DNA from: Pyrinomonadaceae bacterium
GTDB lineage: Bacteria; Acidobacteriota; Blastocatellia; Pyrinomonadales; Pyrinomonadaceae
Length of the DNA: 64,000 nt
Direction of reading: 5' to 3'
Assembly: GCA_030838445.1 (NCBI GenBank)
Contig: JAUZFQ010000015.1
Coordinates: 11,001-75,000 of the forward strand
Part shown: positions 50,873 through 59,680 of the stretch, in pieces
How the letters are laid out: the number at the start of each line of letters is the position of its first letter
Position numbering within the stretch: position 1 is the stretch's first letter
Notes under the pieces: generated by a model
Told to the model about the DNA's origin: nothing
Databases searched by the model: none
What the model saw: only the letters and a program-made list of their open reading frames with translations
Position numbers and translations under genes: made by a program

Positions 50873-51565
50873 TCACGCGCTGGCCTGTAACTCACCCGGC
50901 AAAATCTTATTCATAGTTGCTTCGCTTCGTTCCGCAGTGGCGTCCCATAGTTCGGGGCGTGCGAGAACCTGCTGGCCGAGCGCGGCGAAGGTCGTCGCCA
51001 GCACGAGGTCGCAGGCGTTGATCGCGAACCCGATCCCGACTGCGCGACCCAACGGGAACAAGACGCCGCCGAGCGCGAGCAGCAGCCCCAACCCGCGGTT
51101 TACAGGACGCCACCAGAACAGCGCGAGGCCGAGCGTGATGAGTCCGAGCGGGAAGAACAGCCCGACGGGAAACATGCTCAAAAATAGTGCGGGCGCAGAC
51201 TTGAAAGTCGTCTCAATCGCTGTCGGCGGCACGCCTTCCACGCCCGCGCGCAGCAGCGTGTCGAGTTGGATCACGGTCGTGATGCGCGTCCCGGCCGCCC
51301 AGCCGACGAGGGCGAAGATCGCGCCCACTAAGCCCACGCCGTCCGCGTGCGCGCGGAGCAACTGCGACAGCCCCAACATCGCGGCGGTCATCAAGACGGC
51401 GTTCACGACGGCCAGAAATCCCGCGATAGCGACCGACGTTTGCGTGGGCGCGAAGGGTCGGGTCATCAACCCCGTCGCGGCGTCCGTCAGGAAGGCGACG
51501 GACAATCCGATCAGACTCACGCCCGCGATCACGCGGCGACGGTTGCTGCCCTGCGACTTGTTCAT
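50873..51565 (-). CDS. Integral membrane protein of unknown function (about 6 TM)
   Basis: Six hydrophobic segments and good coding bias. No recognisable motifs; possibly DUF4386-like. Confidence 0.55.
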   Translation of the reverse strand: MNKSQGSNRRRVIAGVSLIGLSVAFLTDAATGLMTRPFAPTQTSVAIAGFLAVVNAVLMTAAMLGLSQLLRAHADGVGLVGAIFALVGWAAGTRITTVIQLDTLLRAGVEGVPPTAIETTFKSAPALFLSMFPVGLFFPLGLITLGLALFWWRPVNRGLGLLLALGGVLFPLGRAVGIGFAINACDLVLATTFAALGQQVLARPELWDATAERSEATMNKILPGELQASA

Positions 51566-51782
51566 GCTCTGCTCCTTTTCTTTTCAAATGCCAATAGTGA
51601 ATTCAACTCGACGCGTTTTTACGCGCCCACGCTCGACCACATCTAGCGTTCACTTAAGGAAGCGACAAGCGCGTCGAAAAGTGTCCACCCCGTTGAAAAA
51701 AATCTTTCACAAGTTTTTTGGGGTGCTACAATCCGCGCGCTTTCGCATTCGACACCTGAAGAGGCGCGCCCGACGCAACCGC

Positions 51783-52388
51783 ATGACGACAGTCTCGCCA
51801 CAGGAGATCACCGGCCTGCTCGCCGATTGGGGCAGGGGCGACCGCGAGGCGTTCGACAAACTCACGCCGCTCGTCTACGCCGAACTGCGCCGCATCGCGC
51901 GTCGCCAGATGAGCCGCGAGCGCGACGGCCACACCTTGCAGGCCACCGCGCTCGTCAACGAGGCGTTCATCCGGCTTTCCGGTCAGGACAACAATTTCAA
52001 CTGGCAGGATCGCGCGCACTTCTACGCCGTCTGCGCGCAGGTGATGCGCCACATCCTGATCGATCACGCGCGGGCGCACGCGCGCGACAAACGCGGCGGC
52101 GGCGCGATTCAGGTTTCACTAAACGAAGCGGCGGCGCTTGCCGGTGGGCGCGCGTCGGAGTTTCTCGCGCTCGACGAAGCCCTGCGTGCGCTCGAACTCT
52201 TTGATCAGCAGAAGGGAAGGATCGTGGAACTGCGTTACTTCGCGGGGCTTGGGATCGAGGAGACGGCGGAGGTGTTGAAGATTTCTCCGACGACCGTCAG
52301 GCGCGAGTGGCGGCGCGCGAAGGCGTGGCTCTACCGCGCGCTCGCTGAGGGGGGCGGCGATGAGACACGACCGCTGGCGACAAATTGA
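51783..52388 (+). CDS. ECF-type RNA polymerase sigma factor (TIGR02999-like, kinase-associated group)
   Basis: ITGLLADWGRGDREAFDKLTPLVYAELRRIARRQM...TLQATALVNEAF (region 2) and GIEETAEVLKISPTTVRREWRRAKAWL (region 4). The 483-aa ORF in the track is an antisense-shadow extension. Confidence 0.85.
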   Translation: MTTVSPQEITGLLADWGRGDREAFDKLTPLVYAELRRIARRQMSRERDGHTLQATALVNEAFIRLSGQDNNFNWQDRAHFYAVCAQVMRHILIDHARAHARDKRGGGAIQVSLNEAAALAGGRASEFLALDEALRALELFDQQKGRIVELRYFAGLGIEETAEVLKISPTTVRREWRRAKAWLYRALAEGGGDETRPLATN

Positions 52389-55371
52389 CGAACTCTTCGC
52401 GGCCGCACTCGAACGCGTTGACGCGGACGAGCGCGCAGCCTTTCTCGCGGAGGCGTGCGCGGGCGACGACGCGCTACGCCGCGAGGTCGAGAAGATGCTC
52501 GGCTTCGACCGTCAGGCCGAGGACTTCATCGAGACTTCGCTCTTCGGTGTGGCCGCGCGCCTGTTGACGGGTCAACTCGACGCGGCAGAGTCGCCGTCGG
52601 TCGCGGCAGATGCAGTTAACATCGCCGCGAAAAAAGATGCGTCGAGGCGGTCGCCGATTCACACGACATCAGGTTCGATTGACGATGCGCGCTTCATTCC
52701 CGGCGACGTGCTTGCCGAACGCTACCGCATCGGCGGACTGCTCGGTCGCGGCGGCATGGGCGAGGTCTACCGCGCCGACGATCTCAAACTCAAACAACCC
52801 GTCGCGCTCAAGTTTCTGCCCGACACGCTCTCGTCCGACGGCGTTGCGCTCGCGCGCTTCTATCAAGAGGTGAGCGTCGCGCGACAGATTTCGCACCGCC
52901 ACGTCTGCCGCGTCTACGACGTGGGCGAGTTCGAGGGGCAGCCTTTCATCTCGATGGAGTTCGTGCGCGGCGAAGAACTCGCCTCGCTCCTGAAGCGCAT
53001 CAACCGGCTGCCGCACGACAAGGCCGTCGAGGTCGCGCGCCAACTCTGCGGCGGCCTCGCCGCCATTCACGACAAGGGCGTGCTCCACCGCGACCTCAAG
53101 CCCGCCAACATCATGCTCGACGAGCGCGGCGACGTGCGCATCACAGACTTCGGCATCGCCGCCCTCACCGAGAGTCTCACAGGCGCGCGCGAAGCGGCCG
53201 TCGGCACGCCCGCCTACATGTCGCCCGAACAACTCGCCGGGCGCGAGTTGACCGTGGCGAGCGACATCTACTCGCTCGGCCTCGTGCTCTACGAAGTCTT
53301 CACCGGCAAGCGCGCGTTCGAGGCGGCGAACGTGGTTGACATGCTCCGCCTGCGCCGCAGCGACACCGAGCCGACCAACCCTTCCAAACTGATCACCGAT
53401 CTCGACCCGCTCGTCGAGCGCGTCATACTCCGCTGTCTCGAACGCGACGCGGGCGCGCGACCCGCGTCGGCGTTGCAGGTGGCGGCGGCTCTGCCCGGCG
53501 GCGACCCGCTGGCCGCCGCGCTCGCCGCGGGCGAGACGCCTTCGCCGGAGATGGTGGCCGCCGCGCCGAAGCAGGGCAGCCTGCGCCCGCCCGTCGCACT
53601 CGCCTTGCTGGCGTCGGTCGTCGTCAGCGTGACCATCGCCGTGTTGTTATCCGGTCGCGTCTCGCTCCACCGTTTCGTGCCGCTCACAAAGTCGCCCGAC
53701 GATCTCAAGTCGCGCGCGTCGGAGATCGCGAAGCGCGCCGGTTACGACGCGCCGCCGCTCGACACCGTGCACGGGTTCAACGCCGAATATGAATACTTTG
53801 AATACGTGCGGAAGCAAGACGCGTCGCCGGATCGTTGGGAGAAATTGAAGACGGGGCAGCCCGCCGCGATCACCTTCTGGTATCGCCAAAGCCCGCGCTA
53901 TCTAGAGGCTTACGACTACTGGCGGATTGACCCCGGCAACCCGCCGAACGATCTCTCCGGCATGTTGCTCGTGAAGCTCGACACCACGGGGCGTCTGACT
54001 TACTTCGAGGCCGCGCCGCCGCAGGTGGATGAGACGGTTAACACGGACGCGAATGTCAACACAAACTCAACCACGAACGTGAACGCGAACGCGAACGCTA
54101 ACTCGCTCGCTAACTCGAACGCGAACGCCAACTCGAATGTGAATACGAACGCGAAAGTTGATGCGAACTCGAATGCGGACGCGAAAGCCGCGCCCGACTG
54201 GTCGCAGCTTTTTCGAGAGGCGGGACTCGACCTCGCCAACTTCCGCGCAACGGAGTCGCGTTGGACGCCGCCGCATCACGCCGACGCGCGGGCGGCTTGG
54301 GAGGGGACGTATCCCGGCCGCCCCGAACTCCCGCTCAAGGTGGAGGCCGCCGCTTACCGCGGCAAGCCCGTCTATTTCGAGTTGATCGGATCATGGCAGA
54401 GGCCGAACCGGCAGACGCCTTTCGAGCCGAGCGTCGCGCAGAAAACTTTCGCCACCCTCCTGCTCACCTTATATTTCGGCGCGCTGTTGCTCGGCGCGTT
54501 GCTCGCCTGGAGAAATTTGCAGTTAGGGCGCGGCGACCGCCGGGGCGCGTTCCGCCTCGCGCTGTTCACCTTCGCATTGCGGATGCTGCACTGGATTTTC
54601 TTCGCGCACCACATCCCGGCCGAGGGCGAAGTCGCGCAAGTCATCGCGGGGCTGGAGTCGGCGGTCTACTGGGCTTCCTTCATGGGCATGATGTATCTCG
54701 CGCTCGAACCGTTTCTCAGGCGGCGTTGGCCGGAATGGATCATCTCCTGGAGTCGTCTGCTCGCCGGAGACTTTCGCGATCCGCTCGTCGGGCGCGACGT
54801 GCTGATCGGGGCGACGTTCGGCCTCGGCGTCGTCGTCGTCAACCACGCCATGGTGCTCGTGCCGCCCATGTTCGGACGCAACCCGCTCTCGATCACTACG
54901 AACTCAAACCTTCTCTACGAGCACGGGCTGCTCGGCCTGAGCAACTTCATCCCACTGCTGATGAATCAAACGGCGGCCTCGATCATGTTCCCCTTCATCA
55001 TCGTCTGCGTCCTGCTTTTCTTCACTATGCTGCTGCGGCGCAAGCGTCTCGGCCTCGCCGCGAGCTGGCTCCTCTTCTATCTCGCGATCAACTTAAACTT
55101 CGGCGACGCGTCGCTGCCCAGCATGCTGCTCGGCGCGCTCCTGCCGACGATCCTGCTCGGCGTCCTCACGCGCTTCGGACTGCTCGCACTGATCGCGACG
55201 CATTTCTTCACGCACATCTTGCCGTTCTATCCCGTAACCACAGACTTCTCCGCGTGGCACGCGACGAATTATCTCCTGCAACTGTTCGTGATGGCCGTGC
55301 TGCTGCTCTACGCCTTTCACACGTCGCTGGCCGGGCAGCCGCTCTTCCGCGGGCGATTCCTCGAAGACTAG
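52360..55371 (+). CDS. Membrane Ser/Thr protein kinase with extracytoplasmic domain, Asn/Ala low-complexity linker and polytopic C-terminal membrane domain
   Basis: N-terminal helical segment WRQIDELFAAALE...; kinase motifs GRGGMGEVYRA, ALKFL, HRDLKPANIML, DFGIA, GTPAYMSPE; one TM segment near 53590; NANANS-rich stretch at 54040-54190; about 8 TM segments at the C-terminus. It overlaps the sigma gene by 29 nt. Confidence 0.85.
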   Translation: MRHDRWRQIDELFAAALERVDADERAAFLAEACAGDDALRREVEKMLGFDRQAEDFIETSLFGVAARLLTGQLDAAESPSVAADAVNIAAKKDASRRSPIHTTSGSIDDARFIPGDVLAERYRIGGLLGRGGMGEVYRADDLKLKQPVALKFLPDTLSSDGVALARFYQEVSVARQISHRHVCRVYDVGEFEGQPFISMEFVRGEELASLLKRINRLPHDKAVEVARQLCGGLAAIHDKGVLHRDLKPANIMLDERGDVRITDFGIAALTESLTGAREAAVGTPAYMSPEQLAGRELTVASDIYSLGLVLYEVFTGKRAFEAANVVDMLRLRRSDTEPTNPSKLITDLDPLVERVILRCLERDAGARPASALQVAAALPGGDPLAAALAAGETPSPEMVAAAPKQGSLRPPVALALLASVVVSVTIAVLLSGRVSLHRFVPLTKSPDDLKSRASEIAKRAGYDAPPLDTVHGFNAEYEYFEYVRKQDASPDRWEKLKTGQPAAITFWYRQSPRYLEAYDYWRIDPGNPPNDLSGMLLVKLDTTGRLTYFEAAPPQVDETVNTDANVNTNSTTNVNANANANSLANSNANANSNVNTNAKVDANSNADAKAAPDWSQLFREAGLDLANFRATESRWTPPHHADARAAWEGTYPGRPELPLKVEAAAYRGKPVYFELIGSWQRPNRQTPFEPSVAQKTFATLLLTLYFGALLLGALLAWRNLQLGRGDRRGAFRLALFTFALRMLHWIFFAHHIPAEGEVAQVIAGLESAVYWASFMGMMYLALEPFLRRRWPEWIISWSRLLAGDFRDPLVGRDVLIGATFGLGVVVVNHAMVLVPPMFGRNPLSITTNSNLLYEHGLLGLSNFIPLLMNQTAASIMFPFIIVCVLLFFTMLLRRKRLGLAASWLLFYLAINLNFGDASLPSMLLGALLPTILLGVLTRFGLLALIATHFFTHILPFYPVTTDFSAWHATNYLLQLFVMAVLLLYAFHTSLAGQPLFRGRFLED

Positions 55372-55441
55372 CGCGCGGTTCGATTGAGTGTCAGTGAGGA
55401 CTGATTCAACGCAGAGATACGGAGAGACGCAGCGAGGTCAA

Positions 55442-55843
55442 ATGAAATTCGCGAAAGTTATATTTTTGATCGCAGGCATCTACGGCCTGCTCGTGCTCTT
55501 GCCGCAGTACTTCATGGAAGAGCAGAACGGGCACAATTACCCGCCGCCCATCACCCACCCGGAATATTATTACGGCTTCGTCGGCGTGGCCGTCGCGTGG
55601 CAAGTGCTGTTTCTGATTCTGGCGAAAGACCCCTTGCGTTATCGCCCGATGATGATCCCGGCCGTCCTAGAGAAGTTGGGCTTCGGAGTCGTCGCCGTGA
55701 TTCTCTACATGCAGCATCGCCTCTCGCCCGTCATGCTCGCGGCCGGTTTGATTGATTTAATACTCGCCGCACTGTTCGTCGCGGCTTACGTCAAGACCGC
55801 CGCTGCCAATCGTGAGCCGGAACAAATGACGAGACCGGATTGA
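55442..55843 (+). CDS. Small membrane protein (4 TM) of unknown function
   Basis: The preferred start MKFAKVIFLIAGIYGLLVLL follows GAGG. Four hydrophobic helices. Confidence 0.5.
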   Translation: MKFAKVIFLIAGIYGLLVLLPQYFMEEQNGHNYPPPITHPEYYYGFVGVAVAWQVLFLILAKDPLRYRPMMIPAVLEKLGFGVVAVILYMQHRLSPVMLAAGLIDLILAALFVAAYVKTAAANREPEQMTRPD

Positions 55844-55953
55844 GTGTGAAGACTTGACGCGTCCCTGTCGTCTTCTTTCACAACGACGCGGGCGGCGTGG
55901 CTGTCTTTACCTTAAGACAGTTTCGCAGCGGTACACAGTTTTGCGCGCCGCTC

Positions 55954-56925
55954 TTATTTCATCTCCCACAGAATCGGCGTCTGCGGGTTGAGCGCGCGTT
56001 CGACGGCGAGCGCGACGAAGCCCATCGTGTAGCGTGCGTTGATTTCGAGGAGCGGGTGCAGCCCGCGCGCGTGTTCCAGCGCGTCCACGCCCGCCGCCCC
56101 GACGTAGCCCTCTCGATACAGCCGCGCTCCGACCACCCGCGCCACGCTTTCGAGTTCCGCCCTGCGCGACGCCTCAATCTTGCGGCCGAGCAAATAACCA
56201 GTGCCAGTGCCCGCGCCGTTCGTTTGCAGATCGCTGATGCCGACGAGTGTGATCTCGCCGTTCGCCGCCACCTCCAACGTCACGCCGTACTCGCGCACGC
56301 GATCAAGCCACGGCTGAAAGATGAGCGGCTCGCTACTAGCGGCAAACTGACGCTGCGCCCACGTCGCCTGTGCCCCTTCGAGCCGCGCGCCGCGACCGAG
56401 CACGCGCTCGCGCGCCGCGAACCCGAACGGACTCTTTATCACCCACTTGTCATCGGCGCGCGGGCAGGCGCGCGCTACCGCCTCCTCCAATTCCGCGAAA
56501 CTCGCGGCGACGCACGCGCCCGGCATCGCAATGCCGAGTTCCTGTTCCAGCGCGTGGCTCCACAGTTTAGAGTTGACCCGCCTGACCGTTTCGAGCGAGA
56601 CGGGCGGGACGCGCGCCCCCACGCGTTCGGCGAGTGCGACCGCGCCCGGCGTCCAACCCCACGGTGTAAAGATTCGCCCCGCCTGCTTCGTCGCCGAATC
56701 AATCACGATGAGTTCGACTTCGCGCCGCGCGGCCTCACTGTGGAAAGACTCTGACGGAGACTCTTGGACGAGCAGCGCGTCTCCCGCCGATGCGAGCCGG
56801 AGCAGGTGCGGCGCGAGCCGCCGGTTGAGCGCGACGAACGAGTGCGGACGCCGGTACACGTTGTTGCCGCGCGCGGCCAGTTCCGTCTCGAAGTCGGCGT
56901 TCATGTACCAGAGTCGCGGAGTCAT
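55954..56925 (-). CDS. ATP-grasp-fold protein (tentative)
   Basis: WVIKSPFGFAARERV..., GEITLVGISDLQT and GAAGVDAL...LLEINARYTMG resemble the ATP-grasp B-loop and C-terminal metal-binding E.N motif. Confidence 0.45.
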   Translation of the reverse strand: MTPRLWYMNADFETELAARGNNVYRRPHSFVALNRRLAPHLLRLASAGDALLVQESPSESFHSEAARREVELIVIDSATKQAGRIFTPWGWTPGAVALAERVGARVPPVSLETVRRVNSKLWSHALEQELGIAMPGACVAASFAELEEAVARACPRADDKWVIKSPFGFAARERVLGRGARLEGAQATWAQRQFAASSEPLIFQPWLDRVREYGVTLEVAANGEITLVGISDLQTNGAGTGTGYLLGRKIEASRRAELESVARVVGARLYREGYVGAAGVDALEHARGLHPLLEINARYTMGFVALAVERALNPQTPILWEMK

Positions 56926-57060
56926 GTTCGTTAATGATGTGTAGTCGCGGCGAGTGCGAAGAATGTTGCTGGCGTTAAGCGAATCAAAGTGCGTCTAGTT
57001 TCTCAGCCTCTCAAATTTCGTTTGCCCTCACGGCAGCTTTTGCGGCAACATCCTGCGCAT

Positions 57061-58182
57061 ATGAATTTATCAGAACTGCCCACGCCCGCGCTCGTGCTCG
57101 ACGCGGCGCGCGTGCGGCGAAACGCGGAGCGCATGCGTGCGCGCGTCGAAGGCATGGGCGCGCGCCTGCGCCCGCACATCAAGACGCACAAGTGCGTCGA
57201 AGTGGCGCGGCTGCAAACGTCCGCGCAGTCCTCCGCGCTCACCGTCTCCACGCTCGCAGAAGCGCGCTGGTTCGCCGCGCGCGGCTTCACGGATTTAATT
57301 TACGCCGTGCCCATCGAGCCGGGTAAGTTCGACGCCGCCATCGAACTCGCCAGAGACTGCGAGCGTCTCGCGCTCATCACTGACGATGTAGATGTCCCCG
57401 CCCTTCTCGATGCGGCGGCGCGCGCCGAAGGCGTCAAGCTCGATCTGTTCCTGAAAGTTGACTGCGGCTATCATCGTTGCGGCGTCGAGCCGGAGACGGT
57501 GGCGGCCTTCGAGATTCCGCGTCGCATCCTCGACGCCTCGCACCTGCGCTTCGCGGGCATCCTCACGCACGCGGGTCATTCATACCACAGCCGCGGCCTC
57601 GAAGAGTTGCGCGACATCGCGCGGCACGAACGCGACTTGATGGTCGAGTTCGCCGCCGCCCTGCGCGAAGCGGACGTGCCCGTGCCCGTCATCAGCATCG
57701 GCTCGACGCCGACCATCTCCACCGTCGAACACCTCGAAGGCGTTGACGAGGCGCGGCCGGGCAACTACATCTTCTACGACGCCTTTCAGGCGACGCTCGG
57801 CAGTTGTCGTTTTGAAGATTGCGCTCTTACGGTTCTGACCTCGGTCGTGCATCGCGATGCCACCCGGCGCAAAGTGGTGATTGACGCGGGCGCAATCGCG
57901 CTCTCGAAAGATCGCGGCGCGGTGGACACAGACCCGTCGTGCGGTTACGGGCGCGTCTATGATGCGGAAGGCAACGATCTCAATTTGCGCGTCGGCGCAC
58001 TTTCGCAGGAGCACGGCATCGTCGAAGTGCCTGACGACGCGACGTTCGACAGTTTGAAAGTCGGCGCGCGTCTACGCATCCTCGCCAACCATTCCTGCCT
58101 GACCGCCGCGCAGCACCCGCACTACAACGTGCTCGACGGCGAACGCATCGTTGACCGCTGGCAGATTCAACGCGGCTGGTAG
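57061..58182 (+). CDS. DSD1-family PLP enzyme (D-serine dehydratase / D-threonine aldolase-like, alanine racemase N-terminal fold)
   Basis: LPTPALVLDAARVRRNAERM...LRPHIKTHKC (PLP Lys) and C-terminal ANHSCLTAA. The start chosen is ATG 57061. Confidence 0.8.
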   Translation: MNLSELPTPALVLDAARVRRNAERMRARVEGMGARLRPHIKTHKCVEVARLQTSAQSSALTVSTLAEARWFAARGFTDLIYAVPIEPGKFDAAIELARDCERLALITDDVDVPALLDAAARAEGVKLDLFLKVDCGYHRCGVEPETVAAFEIPRRILDASHLRFAGILTHAGHSYHSRGLEELRDIARHERDLMVEFAAALREADVPVPVISIGSTPTISTVEHLEGVDEARPGNYIFYDAFQATLGSCRFEDCALTVLTSVVHRDATRRKVVIDAGAIALSKDRGAVDTDPSCGYGRVYDAEGNDLNLRVGALSQEHGIVEVPDDATFDSLKVGARLRILANHSCLTAAQHPHYNVLDGERIVDRWQIQRGW

Positions 58183-58250
58183 CTCGTAAAAATTATAGGG
58201 AGCAACGGACTTGCCCGCTGCCCCCTACATGGGTTCGTGAGTCCGAAAAC

Positions 58251-59339
58251 TTACGCGCGTTTGATGTTGCGCGTCGCAGCGGTGGCGGCTCTGGCGTTCG
58301 TCTCGCCCTGTTTCGACGCGCCCGCATTGGCGTCGCTCGTCGCGGCCGTGGCGTTAGTCTTTTCGATGCGCGCGGAGATGCGTCGGTCGAGGTCTGTGAT
58401 CTGTTCGGGCGTGAGACGGTAGATGTTCGTCTGGTTGTGGTAGAGCTTCGCGCCCGTCACGATGTCGGCGACTTTGAAGCCGTGCCCCTCGGCCTTCGCG
58501 ATCAACTCCTGAATCGTCAAGGCCTGCGGCACGAGCGAGAGCGGCGAAGGCTTCTCTTCGAGCGTCTCCGGCACGCTCGGGGCGAGCGGCGTCTCCATCG
58601 GCAGTTCGTCGCCTGTCTCGCGCTTCATGTGGTTGATGAAATCGGAGAAAGTGATTGCGCCCGTCAACTCGAAGCCGACCTCGAAGGCCGGGCTGTTCGA
58701 CTTGACGATCTGGAAGACGCGCACGACTTCGCCGTCGCGCTCTTGCAGCGACACCTCGACCATGATGTCCACGAAGTATTCCAACCCGCTCGCCGTCATC
58801 GGCAACACGCGGCCGACTTCGTTGTCCTCTTTCGCTTCTTTCCCCTTCGCCGGAATCTGATCCACGATGACGACCGACTTGCCGCTCTCGATGCACAGGC
58901 GGCGCAGGACGCCCTGCAAGATCATCTGGTCGGCGGCGAGTTCTTCGGCCGAAGGCTGCGCCAGCGGATCGTCCGAGCGTTCGCGCACGGCCGCGACCAT
59001 CTCGCTGTGTTTAGCGCTGAAATAGGATGCCCACGAGTCGAGCGCGAAGCAGCCGTAGTTCTGCTCCTGCCCTTCGCCGGAGAGCGCCCAGTCAATGAAT
59101 TCGGGCAGTTCGTCTGGGTGTTCGATTTCGAGGCCGTCGAAGATCGTGCCGTTGCCTTTAAGGAGGCGCGACTTGCGCTCCACGTCGAAAATGCAGAGGC
59201 GACCGAGGCCCGCCTCGGCCATGCTGCGCACGAAGTGGCTCTTGCCGACGCCCGCTCCGCCACGCACCGCCATCACCAGACGCTGTTGACGCGGCCGTCG
59301 ACTCAGCGGATTAACTTTCGGTTTTCTTGTGTTGCTCAT
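58251..59339 (-). CDS. Orphan P-loop NTPase resembling phage AAA_24/Sak4-type RecA-like ATPases, with an extra C-terminal domain
   Basis: Walker A VRGGAGVGKSHF, then CIFDVERKS and CFALDSWASYF (Walker B-like). The start ATG 59339 has AAGGAG 9 nt upstream. The upstream 84 codons in the ORF track lack coding character. Confidence 0.6.
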   Translation of the reverse strand: MSNTRKPKVNPLSRRPRQQRLVMAVRGGAGVGKSHFVRSMAEAGLGRLCIFDVERKSRLLKGNGTIFDGLEIEHPDELPEFIDWALSGEGQEQNYGCFALDSWASYFSAKHSEMVAAVRERSDDPLAQPSAEELAADQMILQGVLRRLCIESGKSVVIVDQIPAKGKEAKEDNEVGRVLPMTASGLEYFVDIMVEVSLQERDGEVVRVFQIVKSNSPAFEVGFELTGAITFSDFINHMKRETGDELPMETPLAPSVPETLEEKPSPLSLVPQALTIQELIAKAEGHGFKVADIVTGAKLYHNQTNIYRLTPEQITDLDRRISARIEKTNATAATSDANAGASKQGETNARAATAATRNIKRA

Positions 59340-59680
59340 CACTACTTGCTCCTTCGGTGTTTCATTTTTTCGGTGACGGTTCTTTGCGTGTTCGCCCGCC
59401 AAAACTTTTACCGCGACGCGCTCGGGAGTGCCCATCGAAAACTTCAAGCAGCACTGGAGCGATAACCTCGAAAACGGCGGCACTGTAACACGTTTCGGGC
59501 GCGAGTGCAACAATATTTCATGGATGAAACAAAACAATTTGAGCGATGAAACGGACAGACCGGCGCGTTTGTCGGCCGTCAACTTTGACAAAGCGGGCGA
59601 GAAAAGTTTTTATAGTTGAGTTAAATTTATCCAACGACACGACACACGGCTAGTTTCATTCCGGCAGCAGAAGAGAGTTT

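Noticed and set aside
50937-52388. 483-aa plus-strand ORF covering the membrane protein gene and the sigma factor.
   Set aside because: Its first roughly 280 codons are a low-complexity antisense shadow of the minus-strand membrane protein (50873..51565). Sigma-70 region 2 similarity starts only after ATG 51783.
54040-54190. Asn/Ala hexanucleotide repeat as an independent microsatellite or non-coding insertion.
   Set aside because: It keeps the kinase reading frame open and sits between two folded or TM regions. It is therefore treated as a low-complexity linker of the Ser/Thr kinase, not a separate feature.
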